From NCBI GenBank assembly GCA_951406725.2, contig OX597821.1:109740001-109804000 (forward strand): 64,000 nucleotides of DNA, written 5' to 3'. Shown in pieces: positions 50,393 through 64,000 of this stretch; the first letter of the stretch is position 1, and every line of letters starts with the position of its first letter. Source of the DNA: Octopus vulgaris (taxonomy: Eukaryota). The notes under the pieces were generated by a model. It worked only from the letters and a program-made list of their open reading frames with translations. It searched no databases and was not told where the DNA came from. The translations under genes were made by a program, and so were the position numbers.

Positions 50393-50411
50393 TGTATGTA
50401 TGTATATATAT

Positions 50412-50525
50412 ACATTATTTACAATTGACGGATATTTGTCCTCATCTTGCTTGTCGTTAACACAACGTTTCGGCTGATATACCCTCCAGCCTTCACCAAG
50501 TGTCTTTGGGAAATTTCGAACTCAG
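50412..50525 (-). mobile_element. Second copy of the hammerhead-bearing SINE tail
   Basis: GACAC UUGGUGA A GGCUGG..UCAGCC GAAACGUU GUGUU; stem I is intact and the core is mutated. Confidence 0.75.
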
Positions 50526-51145
50526 GTGTTTGTGTGTGTGTGTGTCAAGGTGGTGCCCCAGCATGGCCACAGAGTAATGACTGAAACAAGTAAAGTATAA
50601 ATGATAAATATATAAACACACACACGCACCATATATACAATAAACCTAATACAATGTTAGAAGCGACCTTCCGACTTTCATCAAGCATTTACAAATTTGT
50701 AGCTATAACATAAACCACAGAATCACACACAACCACCACCACCACCACCACCACCACCACCGCCACCACCACCACCCACACGCAATTACACACACACACA
50801 CATACACACACTCACAATGAGGCAGCTGCATAATTATTTCTGCTAATATATATATATATAACAGCAGAGTGTTATTTCTCCATGTGAAGTGGGCCCCAAA
50901 CATTTAGCGGAATTGCTTAACTTCCGTGTAATTTGAGGGGTTTCCTACTGAGTTTGCAGAGCTAATGAAATATGTATTCAATAAATTAAGTCATTAATAA
51001 TATTTCTGCTTAGTCTCAGATTTATTCTGTTCTGTAGAATTACATTTATTATACTTGTTTTCATTAAGGCACCACTGTGTTTATGTAAGTATGTAATGTA
51101 TTAAGTATGCATGTGTGTGTGTCTGAGAGCGTGTATTTGAACATA

Positions 51146-51208
<63 letters not shown>

Positions 51209-51693
51209 AGCTTTTGTTCATTACATTACAAAACAAAATTAGACTAACTATACAGGTCCATACACACATAGAACTGTGAGTGCAGGTGTACAAGTGCATG
51301 TGTGTGTGTAGAAGTGTATGTGTGTAAACATACTACAGATATAAGTATGCATATATGAATGTATATTTATGTATGTCTGCATTTCTGTATGTGTGTGCAT
51401 GTATGTATGTATGCATGTATGCATGTATGTATGTATGTACGTACGTATATATATGTATGCATTTATGTATGTAATCATGTATGTATAAATGTACGTATGT
51501 ATGTATGCATGTATGTATGCACATAAACGTATGTCAGTATTCAGTTTTATTTCAAGATTTCTTGCTAACAGAGAAAGAACCGGTTTCTGACCTAGATCCA
51601 AGGTTCCTTCGTTGGAATTTCAGCATCAACAACATGGTATGTATGTATGTATGTATGTATGTATGTATGTATGTATGTATGTATGTATGTATG

Positions 51694-51727
<34 letters not shown>

Positions 51728-52980
51728 TGTGCAGATTTGTATGATTTGCTTCATGTATGTATTCACATGCATATAGTTGCATATCTAGACATGCTCATAT
51801 ATATTTAAATGATAAACTTCTGGATAATTTTACAGATTTGTACAGTTCCATTGATGGATTGGATCTGTAGTCTTCGAATTAGCTTTCTCCTTTCTGGTTT
51901 TGAGAAGCTTGGTTCCTCGAGATTGGTATTTAGTCAGTGTGTTACATATCCCAGGACACCAATAATTACAGGTATAAACATGAACTTTTAGTCTGGAAAG
52001 AGTTACTGCATACATACATGTATACATATATATATACATACATACATACATACATACATACATACATACATACATACATACATACATACATACGTACGTA
52101 GGTACATATGTATGTATGCATGTATGTATGTATGCATGTATGTATGTATGTATGTATGTAGGTATGTATGCATTGGTGTTTGAGTCTCTGTTTAGCCTGA
52201 TGTATCTTAAGACTAAATAATAATGATAATAATGATGACTATGATGATGATAATTATATACGACGGAGACGACGACGCCGTCAACGATGATGATGATGAT
52301 GATGTTAAAAAACGCGGGAAAATATCAATAGCAGTCCTAAAGCATATCGCAGCTGTTGTGAAATTGCTAAATACGTATTTCTGCTTCCTTGCGCCTCATC
52401 AGTGTCAAGCATCCACCAGCAATCGCGAGCTGAGACAAATTTAGCCTCCTCTCATACAGAAAACCTGTCATTAAGAAAACACCGGCGCTGAAATCAGGCG
52501 GTAGGCTGGATAAAATTCGTTTGTTTACAAGTCAGTAAACACCCTCATTGCATATTAGAGGTATGATTAAATAGAAATATATTACATTACAGAAAGCATG
52601 ATACGGAACTCAGCCGGATGTAGGTCTGGGGGGTCATGAAATATTGATATTGGACGGAATGACACCAACTCAGTCTTTCAAGGGCGGAGCCTGAATGCAC
52701 CCTTATTTCGCCTTGCAAAATTTACACGACACACAAGGAAAATTCACACACACAGACACACACACATGTGTGCACTTACGGACACACATATACCTGCGTG
52801 CAAAAAAAAAAGCACTCTTCTTGGGAAATACTTGAAGCATGTCAAAGAGGCAAATAGTGTAAATATTATATAAAACTATATACACTCTTACCTTTATGTA
52901 AACTCAATGATCTATTATGCATACAAAGATGCGCTATTATTATTATCATTATTATTATTATTATGATTATCATCATTATG

Positions 52981-53055
<75 letters not shown>

Positions 53056-53147
53056 GTTATTATCATTATTATCATCATCATCATCATTATCATCATCATC
53101 ATTATTATTAATATTATTATTATTATTATAATTACTATTATTATTAT

Positions 53148-53685
53148 TGGGTGAGAAAGCGGTGCATGCCATCAAAGGGAAACTGGTGTAAAATATACGG
53201 AGCCCAATATACCCATCATGACTACCCGTCTGATAAGGGTACACCAGGCACATGCAAACATATGTGCGCAACACGGTGATCTCATATCAAGATAAACATT
53301 GCATGACCGTGCAGATGGGGCTCGGTAGAAATTTTCTTTAGGTCGAGTAGCCCATCTCGCTCCAAAGGTTCCTGAATAAGGGTTGTTTAAGGATGTTGAA
53401 CGAAACACCCATGTTTCCAAAGGTGAATTATTCAAACAATACCTCTCAACACATGGCTATGATGCTCCCCCGCTACTTCTGCTCGTGATCAGAGATGCAC
53501 ATATCGTCAGCCTCTAAAGGACTTGGTCAACTGGTTAAGGTCAAACAACTGACAAGCAAATCTGTGGTATTGAGCAGAATATTTGCTGTAGCCCATCTTT
53601 TGTACCAAGACAAAACAATGTACACGATAACACATCCGATCAGTTAAGATCAGAAGCCATGAGAGTTACTGCTCGGTACTGCATC
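53148..53685 (-). mobile_element. Unclassified dispersed repeat, copy 2, ending in (AAT)n
   Basis: Homologous to 11045-11550; abuts the (ATT)n array at 52936-53148. Confidence 0.8.
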
Positions 53686-54210
53686 ATGTATGCGTACATA
53701 CATCAATATGGGTACATCTTTTTTGTATGTACCTGTGCATGTGTGTATGGGTGTGTGAGGGAGAGAGAGTGTGAGTGAATGAGTGAACGTGTATGTTCTC
53801 GCGTATGTGTAAGTGGCACTCTCTCTCTCACACATACACACACACACACATGTCCATTTCATATACACGTTCATACATCATTCACTTTCTCTTCTCTTTC
53901 ACTTTAAAACAAAAGTAACAGGTGATTTTCAGGATAAAAATTACTTAAAATAAAGGTTTCTACTCATGCAAATTGATTACTATTGTTTGGATAGTTCCAA
54001 TTAAATAAGTCCAGAAGTTAGGTTAAATACATAAGCATGCATAAGTACCGTGATTTCCCATTCTTCAAAATGGCAAACAATTCCGTGAATATTTTACCGG
54101 GCAACGCTGGGTAGCAAGTAGTTTCATTGAATTTTTGAAAAATTGAAACATGTCTTAGACAATTCCGGGGCGTATTGAACTTATTTTGAGTGTTTCCATA
54201 TATGTATATG

Positions 54211-54281
<71 letters not shown>

Positions 54282-54291
54282 GTATATATAT

Positions 54292-56003
54292 GTTCGTTTT
54301 TCGCAAATAGATAGAGTTACGATTTTTTTAAATGACTTTTGTCAATGTTATGAGTTTTTCCTTTTGACATTTGACAGCCGTTACTTTTAGCTTACTTTAG
54401 AAGTAAATTGCGCGTAATTTTATTTTACAACTGTTATTTCAGTGTCAATTTTAACATGGAGTGCAAAAACGAACATTTTCACCATATTTTGATTTTTGTT
54501 ATTTCCGTAAAGGCAAGAAAGCTGCTGAGGCTCACAAAGAGATATGAGAAGCTTATGGTTTTGATTGCTTAACAGAACGCACGTGTCAGAAATGGTTTCA
54601 AAAATTCCGTTCTGGAGATTTTTCACTCAAAGATGAGCAACGTTCTGGTCCACCTACTGAAGTTGATGATGACCGAAACAAAGCCATAATTGAATCTCAT
54701 TGTCATATAACTGTACGAGAGATTGCAGAGAGGTTAAATATATCACATACAACTATTGAAAATCACTGAAAATGTCGTGGACTCGTTAAGAAGCTCGATA
54801 TTTGGGTTCCTCGTAAATTAAAAGAGGTTCACTTAACACAACGAATCAATATTTGTGATATGCATCTCAAAAGCAATGAAATCGACCATTTTTTTTTAAA
54901 ACCAATCATCACATAATCTTCCATAAACAACCTTGCCCGGACTTGTGTCTAGGAGGGTAACTTTCTAGGTGCAATCCCATGGTCATTCATGACCGAAGGG
55001 GGTCTTTATATATCACGTGATCTATTATCAGACGTTGTTACACATCGCTGGTCACAATACACTTTTGCATTGACCAACGTTCTGGTCCACCTACTGAAGT
55101 TGATGATGACCGAATCAAAGCCATAATTGAATCTCATTGTCATATAACTGTACGAGAGATTGCAGAGAGGTTAAATATATCACACACAACTATTGAAAAT
55201 CACTGAAAATGTCGTGGACTCGTTAAGAAGCTCGGTATTTGGGTTCCACGTAAATTGAAAGAGGTTCACTTAACACAACGAATCAATATTTGTGATATGC
55301 ATCTCAAAAGCAAAGAAATCGACCTTTTTTTCCTTTTGAAACGAATCATCACTGATAATGAAAAATGGATTGTCTACAATAACATCAGTCGAAAACGATC
55401 ATGGTCCAAGCGTAATGAACACATGGAAAGCAGAATTGCATAAAAAAAAAAGATCATATTAATTTGGTGGGATTACAAACGTGTTGTGTATTTTGAGCTG
55501 CTTCCAAGGAACCAAACGATCACTTTAGTTGTTTACTGTCAACAACTAATGAAACTGGAGGAAGTAATCAAAAAAAAAAAACGGCCAGAAAAAGCAAATC
55601 GTAAAGGCATCGTGTTCCAACATGACAACGCTAGACCACACACGTTTTTGGTAACTCGCGAAAAATTATTGGAGCTCGGTTGGGAAGTGATGTCACACCC
55701 ATCATATAGCCCAGACCGTGCACCATCAGATTACCATTTATTTCAAAGTTTGCAAAATTCTTTGAATGGTAATAAAACTTTCAATAATGATGATGACCTG
55801 AAATCGCACTTGCTTCAGTTTTTGGTTGATAAGGACCAGTAAGTAGTTCTATGAGCACGGAATCATAAAGATACCAGAAAGATGGCAAAAGGTCATCGAA
55901 CAAAATGAAAAGTATATTATTGATTAAAGATCACTCTTTGTATTTGAAAAATGAGTTTTATTTCACAGTAAAAAACCGAAATTACTTTCTTGCCAATCCA
56001 ATA
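54292..56003 (+). mobile_element. Mariner (D,D34D) transposon, dead, with an internal duplication and insertion
   Basis: ATG at 54456 gives MECKNEHF..TERTCQKWFQKFRSGDFSLKDEQRSG; further motifs are WVP, IITDNEKW, FQHDNARPH and HPSYSPDRAPSDYHLF. The right TIR AAAAAACCGAAATTACTTTCTTGCCAATCCAA is followed by TA; the left TIR is truncated. Stops and frameshifts are present. Confidence 0.93.
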
Positions 56004-56031
56004 TATGTAGGTATGTATATGTGTATATATG

Positions 56032-56118
<87 letters not shown>

Positions 56119-56284
56119 ATATATATATCACGTGATCTACTATCAGACGTTGTTACACATCGCTGGTCACAATACGCTTTTGCATTGATTTAGCCTTCAA
56201 ATGGCGCCACCCTGCTGGGTCGGTGAGCAGGCCAGCAATCTCCCCTGATTGAAGGAGGATTGGAGCAATATGAAATGAAATGGG

Positions 56285-56490
56285 AGTGTGTGTCTTTGTG
56301 TCTCCCGCCACCATCGCTTGACAACCGAAGTTGGTGTGTTTACGTCCCCTTGACTTAGCGGTTCGGCAAAAGGTACTAGGCTTACAAAGAATAAGTCCCG
56401 GGGTCGATTTCTTCAACTTAAAATACCTTTAAGGTGGTGATCCAGCATGGCCGCAGTCAAATGACTGAAACAAGCAAAGGAATAAGATAA
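56285..56490 (+). mobile_element. SINE family A, 3' half
   Basis: Consensus match. Confidence 0.8.
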
Positions 56491-56600
56491 TATATTGCCG
56501 AATAACAGCTATTCTTATTCTTATAAACTGTTATTCGGCTATCGTAATCTATATTACTACACACACGCATAAATATAGAGAAATGCACACGCACACACAC

Positions 56601-56632
<32 letters not shown>

Positions 56633-56633
56633 T

Positions 56634-56683
<50 letters not shown>

Positions 56684-56700
56684 CAGATAGACAGATGGAC

Positions 56701-56773
<73 letters not shown>

Positions 56774-56883
56774 TTCTGCATTTGCAAATACACGTCTGTA
56801 ATGTGAATGTCTGTTTGAAATCCTTGTAAAAATATATATACGTACACACCCACAACACCAGACGAAACCAAAATTTCAAGGGA

Positions 56884-56920
<37 letters not shown>

Positions 56921-57332
56921 CAAACACCCATTTCAACTGTGTGTTCCCAGCTGCTAGGCTTCTCTCACACCCCTTCCCCTATTCCTCCCTCTCTTTGACA
57001 CCCCCCACCTCTACATCGCTTCCATTTGTCCGTCACCCCTCTCCCTTGTTTCGCCCTTACTTTCTCTTCTGTCTTTATTTTTCTTTCCCTCATTTTCGCC
57101 ATGTTCTTCCAACAGCCACCCGCATCCCCACCGCCAGCTCTCACTCTAACTCATTATGTACATTTCCTTAGTCTCTTCCTTTCGTTTCTCTCTCTCTCTC
57201 TCTTTTTTTTTTTGTTTAGTTTATATATATTTTTTTTCCTCTTCTCTTTTTCCCTTAAAATACACAGACTCCCACCCGCTAATTCCACCTTTCTTCTTCC
57301 CCTTCCTCGCCGCCACACCACACCGTTGTGCA

Positions 57333-57371
<39 letters not shown>

Positions 57372-57569
57372 AGAAGAGAAGGTGACAGAGAGAAAGAGAG
57401 CGAGAGAGAGAGAGAGAGAGAGAGCGGTGACAGGAAGGGTGGAGAAGGGGGGAAATGGAGGACGATGGGGGAAGGGCTGGGTGGGAGGTGAGACTGGGGG
57501 CCCCCAAATCGATCCACCTGTGGCTTGTATGTTAGTGTGTTTATACATGAACACAAACATACCTACACT

Positions 57570-57614
<45 letters not shown>

Positions 57615-57748
57615 GGATATATATATATATACATATACACACGCATACTCATATATGTGTATATACATAGATTCGTGTATATACACACATACACATATAT
57701 ACGTGAGTGTGAGTGAGTATGCTTCTATGCATTTATGTATATGTATGT

Positions 57749-57792
<44 letters not shown>

Positions 57793-58371
57793 CATATATA
57801 TATATGTATGTATATGCATACATATGTACTGAAGTACGTAGGTATACATATATACGCTTACACCTAAACATATGTATATAGCTGGGTTGTAAATGGGCCC
57901 CTCCTTACCCCCTGACAACCCACTTCGCTCTCCCTCGGCTTCCCTCTTTCTCTCTCTCGTCCCCTTTCTCTCTCTCTCTCTCTCTCCCTTTCTCTCCCCA
58001 CCGCCAACTCGCTGAAGCATGTCCCAGTGACGCCAGCCTGTCTGCTAAGCGAGGCCCCTAACAGGAAGAACTATGCGTTGAATGATGGCGGGGGCGACGA
58101 AAGCGACAAGATCACTGCTGGGAGCTGGGAGCTCCCTATTGTTCTCCGGTTACCAGTCGCAACTGACACGTGCGTTCTGATGACTGTTAACCATTCTATC
58201 TCACACCCTCTCATCCCCTACCCGCCTCCCATTCACCCTCTACCCTTTCTCTTCCCTTTCCCTTCTCTTTCTCTACATTCCAACATTTCGTTTATATATA
58301 TTTATATGTTCACTCGCCATACACTCACTGACTCATTCTGTCTTTATCTGCCAATTTATGCCTTGCTCTAT

Positions 58372-58461
<90 letters not shown>

Positions 58462-58579
58462 CATCTCTCTATCTGTCTATCTGTCTGTCTGTCTGTCTAT
58501 CTATCTATTTATCTATTTGTTTATCTGTCTGTCTGTCTATTTGTCTATCTATCTATCTACCCATCTATCTATCAATCTA

Positions 58580-58618
<39 letters not shown>

Positions 58619-58767
58619 GACTGTCTGTCTGTCTATCTATCTATCTATTTGTTTATCTATCTATCTTTCTGATTATCTACATATTTGTGTGTCTGTTTGT
58701 CTGACTGACCGACTATCTGTCTGCCAGTCTATCAGTGTATTTACATCTATCGTCATCTCTCTCTTTC

Positions 58768-58798
<31 letters not shown>

Positions 58799-59733
58799 CT
58801 CCCACTTTCCATACACATGTACGCGAGCGCACCCATACACATACATCTTTGCAGGCCATCTTCGTACTCTCCTATCTTCATGGTGGATTTGCAGAAGAAT
58901 TACATCAGCTACAAGTCCTTACAATGTTAGCACGTTCCGTTCAGTCTCCGAGTTCAAATCCCGCTGGGATCAACTGTGTGTGTTTGCGTTGTTTGAGAAT
59001 GAAACCGCTGGAAAGCCATGGAAACCCATCATATACACGTGTGTGTGTGTTTACGCGCGTAGCCATAACACATTCTTTATTTTCTCTCCTTGTTGCTTTC
59101 TGTGTTCTTTTCTGTGGAAGAACGTAGGTTTGAATCGTTAAAGACTTATTCACTTCCCGAGCGTTATACTAATACATCTGTTTGTTGTCAACAACAGTTG
59201 TCTTCGTCCTTTTTTTTTTTGTGAATTCTCCCTATATAAAAACTTACTCTTAACAAAATTCGAGATGCGTAGCGTTCAGTTACTCAATAAATGAAAAATG
59301 CATTAAATACTACAAAACGTACAGGTTGGATAGACACAGAAGGACCCTAATTCTTCATCGGTTATCGACCAAAAATACTAATACTCAGTTTCATGCTTTT
59401 AACGATAAGACTGGGAACTTCGTTTATCGGCGGCACCCGCAAGATTTGCGTAGAATTAGGGCTCGGGCAAACAAGACAATGCAGTGTGCACGTACGGAAA
59501 GTACACAGGTGTAATTTGAAACTATAGGCGAAGACAGAATTGAATAAAGCCTTTCGGCCAAACACGAGGATGATGGGTAACACCTAGAAGAAATCCTCAA
59601 TGGATATAAAAAGAGATAGATTAAGAGAGGAGAAAATGTTGACCGGCAGAGAGAGAGAGAGAGAGACATAGACAGGCAGAAAGACTGAGTGTGCGTGCTT
59701 GTTTGTGTGCATCTGTGAGATAATGAGAGAGAG

Positions 59734-59777
<44 letters not shown>

Positions 59778-59806
59778 TGCGTTGTAAACGAAAATGTAGT
59801 GAGAAT

Positions 59807-60490
59807 GGTTCTAGGTAAATTCCACCATGGTAAAATTCCACCTGCTAATGCTAATAATCACCGTGGTCAGTTTCTCTAGACCGTGGGTCAATACCTATGT
59901 TAATTAATCTGTCAATCTTTCAAGTCTTAAGAACAGAAAGAGAGAGAGTCTGAGGGTGAGACAGAAAATAATCCTTCTAATCTACTTGAATTGAGATGGG
60001 ATCATTTTAATGTATTCCCATCGAGCAAGAATCTTATGTAAAAGACTCATCACAACATTTCAAAAATAATATAATTTGGGATAAAGAAAGAAAAGATTAA
60101 ATTTTAGCACACATTTCACAATAACAATAGGATAAAAAAAATAACAGCAAGTACATTGTGAAGCAGAGTTTGGATAAGAAACTTTAATTTAATTTTTAAA
60201 AATTTCTTACGACAAATTGAGTGCAATATTTCTTAAAAATTGCAGAGGGCTTTCATTTTGATATTCCTGAACTAGCTTCTTTCTTTAGTCGCGCATCAAT
60301 AATCTGATAGGTCTTTTTTTTTTGTTTTCTTTTTTTTCTTTTTTTTTTTTGTTGAGTCTCCAAGTTGAATGAGTGCAATTTTTGTCTGGCTTAATCCTTC
60401 CTCAGATTGTGCATGGTTTCCACAAATTTGGATGTGTGGATGTTAGTGATGAGCGCAAAACATTGTGGAACCCTTCTAAATAATCATTTG

Positions 60491-60523
<33 letters not shown>

Positions 60524-60570
60524 GTAATAATAACAACAACAACAACAACAACAACAACAATACCAATAAC

Positions 60571-60640
<70 letters not shown>

Positions 60641-60787
60641 GTGATGATGATTTTACCTATGGTGAAATTTACCATGTTGGAATATATACCGTGGTGGCAT
60701 TTATCTATGGTGAAATTTACCTGGTGGAACTTTCCGTGGTGGAATTTACCACGATGGAATTTATCGCGGTGGAATTTACCGGTCACC
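59807..60787 (-). mobile_element. Mutator-like (MULE) deletion derivative
   Basis: TIRs GGTTCTAGGTAAATTCCACC and GGTGGAATTTACCGGTCACC; a 9-bp TSD AGTGAGAAT (59798-59806) / GGTGAGAAT (60788-60796); 15-bp subterminal tandem repeats; and a minus-strand remnant NDYLEGFHNVLRSSLTSTHPNLWK (MULE EGxHN..HPxLW motif) at ~60415-60488. Confidence 0.82.
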
Positions 60788-60942
60788 GGTGAGAATGGTG
60801 AATGGCATAATTATGCCCAATGAAGACGTACATCGAACTCGAAACTGATCATCTCGATTACCCAGTATCTCTTTCTTTCTTCTTTTTCGCTCTCTCTCTC
60901 TCTTCCTCTCTCCCTCTACCTTCTCTCTCTCTCTCTTCCTCA

Positions 60943-60998
<56 letters not shown>

Positions 60999-62237
60999 TC
61001 TTTCTCTCTGTGCTCTTGCTCGATTTCCGACTCAAGCTCAGAATCGAGTGTTTCCTCTAAACCAATTTCCAATAAAAAAAAAAGTTGTCTGTAACCTTCT
61101 GTTGGTAAACTACGTGTGAGCCCTACCCACCATAGCCAACGCCGTTTACCTATAAGATAAGATGTGCAACAAATACAGCGAAGCAATACGACCGACTCCA
61201 AGCGTTTCCAAAATGTTCTGTTTGACCATACGGCTACCCACAATCTTTCCTCTTTGCCAGAATGCTAATATATCCCTGAAGAGGATTCATAGCTTCGTGG
61301 ATGGTACGTTCTTCACGAGACTGCTGTATTTTGATAATAAGAAACATTGCTATAATCTCTAAGGCAATATGTAGTTGAGGAGCAAATATACATATCTGAA
61401 TATATCAGTGACAGAAGTAATACAAATAACGAGAGATCGTATTTATTCACACTTAAACATGGATGTTCTGATGGAACAAACCATACTGCTAGAGATTCCA
61501 CGAGAAAAACTCGCTTATTGGCAGATTTATTTTTCCTTGAAACCGAGTTTAAGACTTTAGGAAATAAAAAGATTAATAAAATCATAAAATGTAAATAAAA
61601 TGACAGATACAATAATTAAGGAAACAAATTAAGTAATTATAAATTATAAGTGTATATTAATTAAGGGAGATGTTCTACATCCGTCTCAGATAAATTGGAT
61701 ATGTTTAATGACGATATCTTCAAGTGTATATGAATAGCTATATCCGTAAATTATACGTGTGTGTGTGTGTGGAGTTGGTGTATTTATATGTATACGTATG
61801 TATGTGTGTACGAGCGTGTCTGTACGTATATCTGCTTATACGCTAATTACTCGTTTATCGAAGCCGTAGGTATATATATATACCCACCGACTAGCAAAGA
61901 TTTGTGTTCGTATCGAGTATTTACCAATGAAAGCAAGTGTCAATGAGTGCATTCGTCCAACATAAATTGGATATGTAAAAATTGTGAATATACAGATATA
62001 TTCGGCATTCGTCTTACACACAAACACAGAGTAATACGTTGAAACAATTGTAGTACATATGATAAAAAATATTCACTTCATCTATTTATACATACAAGCA
62101 TACGTACATAAATGTGTATGTGTTTGTGTTACAACTTAAATACCCATACATATCTTACATCTATTTTCTTTCCTCCACCTCACTCTCTATTTTGTATCAC
62201 ATCTAAACTAACTATGACTTAACCATCCTCTCACACT

Positions 62238-62291
62238 GTCATCGATGAAGGGATATTATTATTAATTAATATTCTAGAAACAGCTGTAATA
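62238..62291 (+). ncRNA. Degenerate type I hammerhead-like motif in a Penelope-like remnant
   Basis: UCGAUGA A GGGAUAUU..AAUAUUCU A GAAACAGCUGUA; the palindromic ACAGCUGU stem III is present, but stem I is weak. Confidence 0.4.
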
Positions 62292-62365
62292 CCTATCTAT
62301 AAATGTTCTAATTTCTACACAGCCTTGGTTTTTTATCTCATTGTGCAAAAAATTCTTATATATAT

Positions 62366-62571
62366 ATTTCTTTACTACCCACAAGGGGCTAAACAGAGGG
62401 GACAAACGAGGACAGACAAACGGATGAAGTCGATTACATCGACCCCAGTGCGTAACTGGTACTTAATTTATCGACCCCGAAAGGATGAAAGGCAAAGTCG
62501 ACCTCGGCGGAATTTGAACCCAGAACGTAACAGCAGACGAAATACGGCTACGCATTTCGCACGGCGTGCTA
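62366..62571 (-). mobile_element. SINE family B, head truncated
   Basis: Same as 32180-32410. Confidence 0.9.
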
Positions 62572-62820
62572 AAAATTCTTATATATATATATACACATAC
62601 ACACACATATATATTAATAATTAAGGTGAACAAAGATTTATATATCCAGTTGAATCACGTCTTTCCAAACCTGTAACTATATATGTTTCTGCCGCAGTAG
62701 AATAAACTAACCGTTTTTCTACACTTAGTTTTTCTACACTTACGGAGGTTAGCCACCATTATTAACTGAATACGGTACGCACTAGGATTGTGTAGCCCTA
62801 CCAAACCAAATCTGGAAGCT

Positions 62821-62863
<43 letters not shown>

Positions 62864-62873
62864 ATATATATAT

Positions 62874-63145
62874 GGCACCTTGGGCAAGTGTCTTCTACTA
62901 TAGCCTCGGGCCGACCAAAGCCTTGTGAGTAGATTTGGTAGGCGGAAACAGAAGGAAGCCCGTCGTATATATGTATATGTATTAGTGCGTATATGTTTGC
63001 GTGTCCCCCCAACATCACTTGACAACCGATGGTGGTGTGTTTATGTCTCCGTAACTTAGCGGTTCGACAAAAGAGACTGATAGAATAAGTATTAGGCTTA
63101 CAATGAATAAGTCCGAGGATCGATTTACTCGACCCCAGGACTTAT

Positions 63146-63147
<2 letters not shown>
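62874..63147 (+). mobile_element. SINE family A body ending in a fold-back
   Basis: The tail is replaced by the hairpin AATAAGTCC..GGACTTATT. Confidence 0.85.
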
Positions 63148-63218
<71 letters not shown>

Positions 63219-63239
63219 GCATAAGATAGATAGATAGAC

Positions 63240-63280
<41 letters not shown>

Positions 63281-63302
63281 CATACATACATACATACATA
63301 CA

Positions 63303-63336
<34 letters not shown>

Positions 63337-64000
63337 CATACATGCATACATACAAAATGTAAACAAAGAGATGATTATTTCTGTCTTATAAGCCCTACCT
63401 CACAAATGTCTGACTTGTTTTAATATGAACCAACCAAGATTTATACAATATTCTGACGGTATGCATACTAGCGATTAAAAATAACTGTCATCTGTCTTCA
63501 TTAACAATGTGTGTGTGTGAGTGTGTGTGTGTGTGTGTGTATGTATGTGTGTGTGTGTGTGTGTGTTAGACGAGGGCGTAGATTAAATTTCCACTCTCCA
63601 GATTGTCAGTTATTTGTTTTTTATTATTACTTCATTTACCTTGTCTCTTTCTTTCCTTTTTGCTGTTTTTCTTTTCTCTTCTTTTCTTCTTTTTCTAATG
63701 AATGTAAGTGTATGCCTATGGTATGTTTAGGAGTATGTTCCTGTATTCGTTTTGCGTTTTGTACGTTTTTTTTTTAAATATTAAGTAAGATATACAGAAT
63801 GCCATTCTGAACTAATACTGCTTACGTCGCTAATAACGAAATTTTACCCAGCTCGTCAGCTATTTGCGACATCAATGATTTCTTAATCACTATTTTTCTA
63901 TATAAGTTAAAGCGAAATTTGTCTAAGCCTTTGGTTGGGGGTAGACGATTGTTACTGATGATGTGCAAAGACGCAGCAATCCACATCTAGCAACTCAGAT

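Noticed and set aside
61162-61560. Possible transposase remnant (FVDGTFF)
   Set aside because: One short motif with no supporting motifs or termini.

Overview
This is AT-rich, repeat-dense eukaryotic DNA, not a prokaryotic locus. Its SINE families and dense (TA)n/(CA)n/(TATC)n/(AAT)n microsatellites fit an octopus (coleoid cephalopod) intronic or intergenic region; that assignment is inferred from recognising the repeat families. No confident host protein-coding gene is present, and nearly all ORF-track hits are translated microsatellites or SINEs. Recognisable content: more than 25 copies or fragments of one tRNA-headed SINE (family A); a second SINE with a Nin/Deu-type domain (family B); RTE LINE fragments; an L1/Tx1-like ORF1 cut by a 100-N gap; several dead Tc1/mariner elements; a MULE-like element with a 9-bp TSD; a hAT-like MITE; and a 9-copy tandem satellite with a 160-180 bp unit. 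The main discovery is a family of non-coding, Penelope/retrozyme-like repeats carrying hammerhead ribozyme motifs. Five copies have the three catalytic strands in a non-circularly permuted order: cleavage strand, then GAAA strand, then CUGANGA strand. Stems I and III covary between copies, and an extra upstream bridging strand appears to rebuild stem II. Many ordinary minimal type I hammerheads with core variants, and several fold-back inverted duplications, also occur. All structures were paired by eye; no folding or database search was run.
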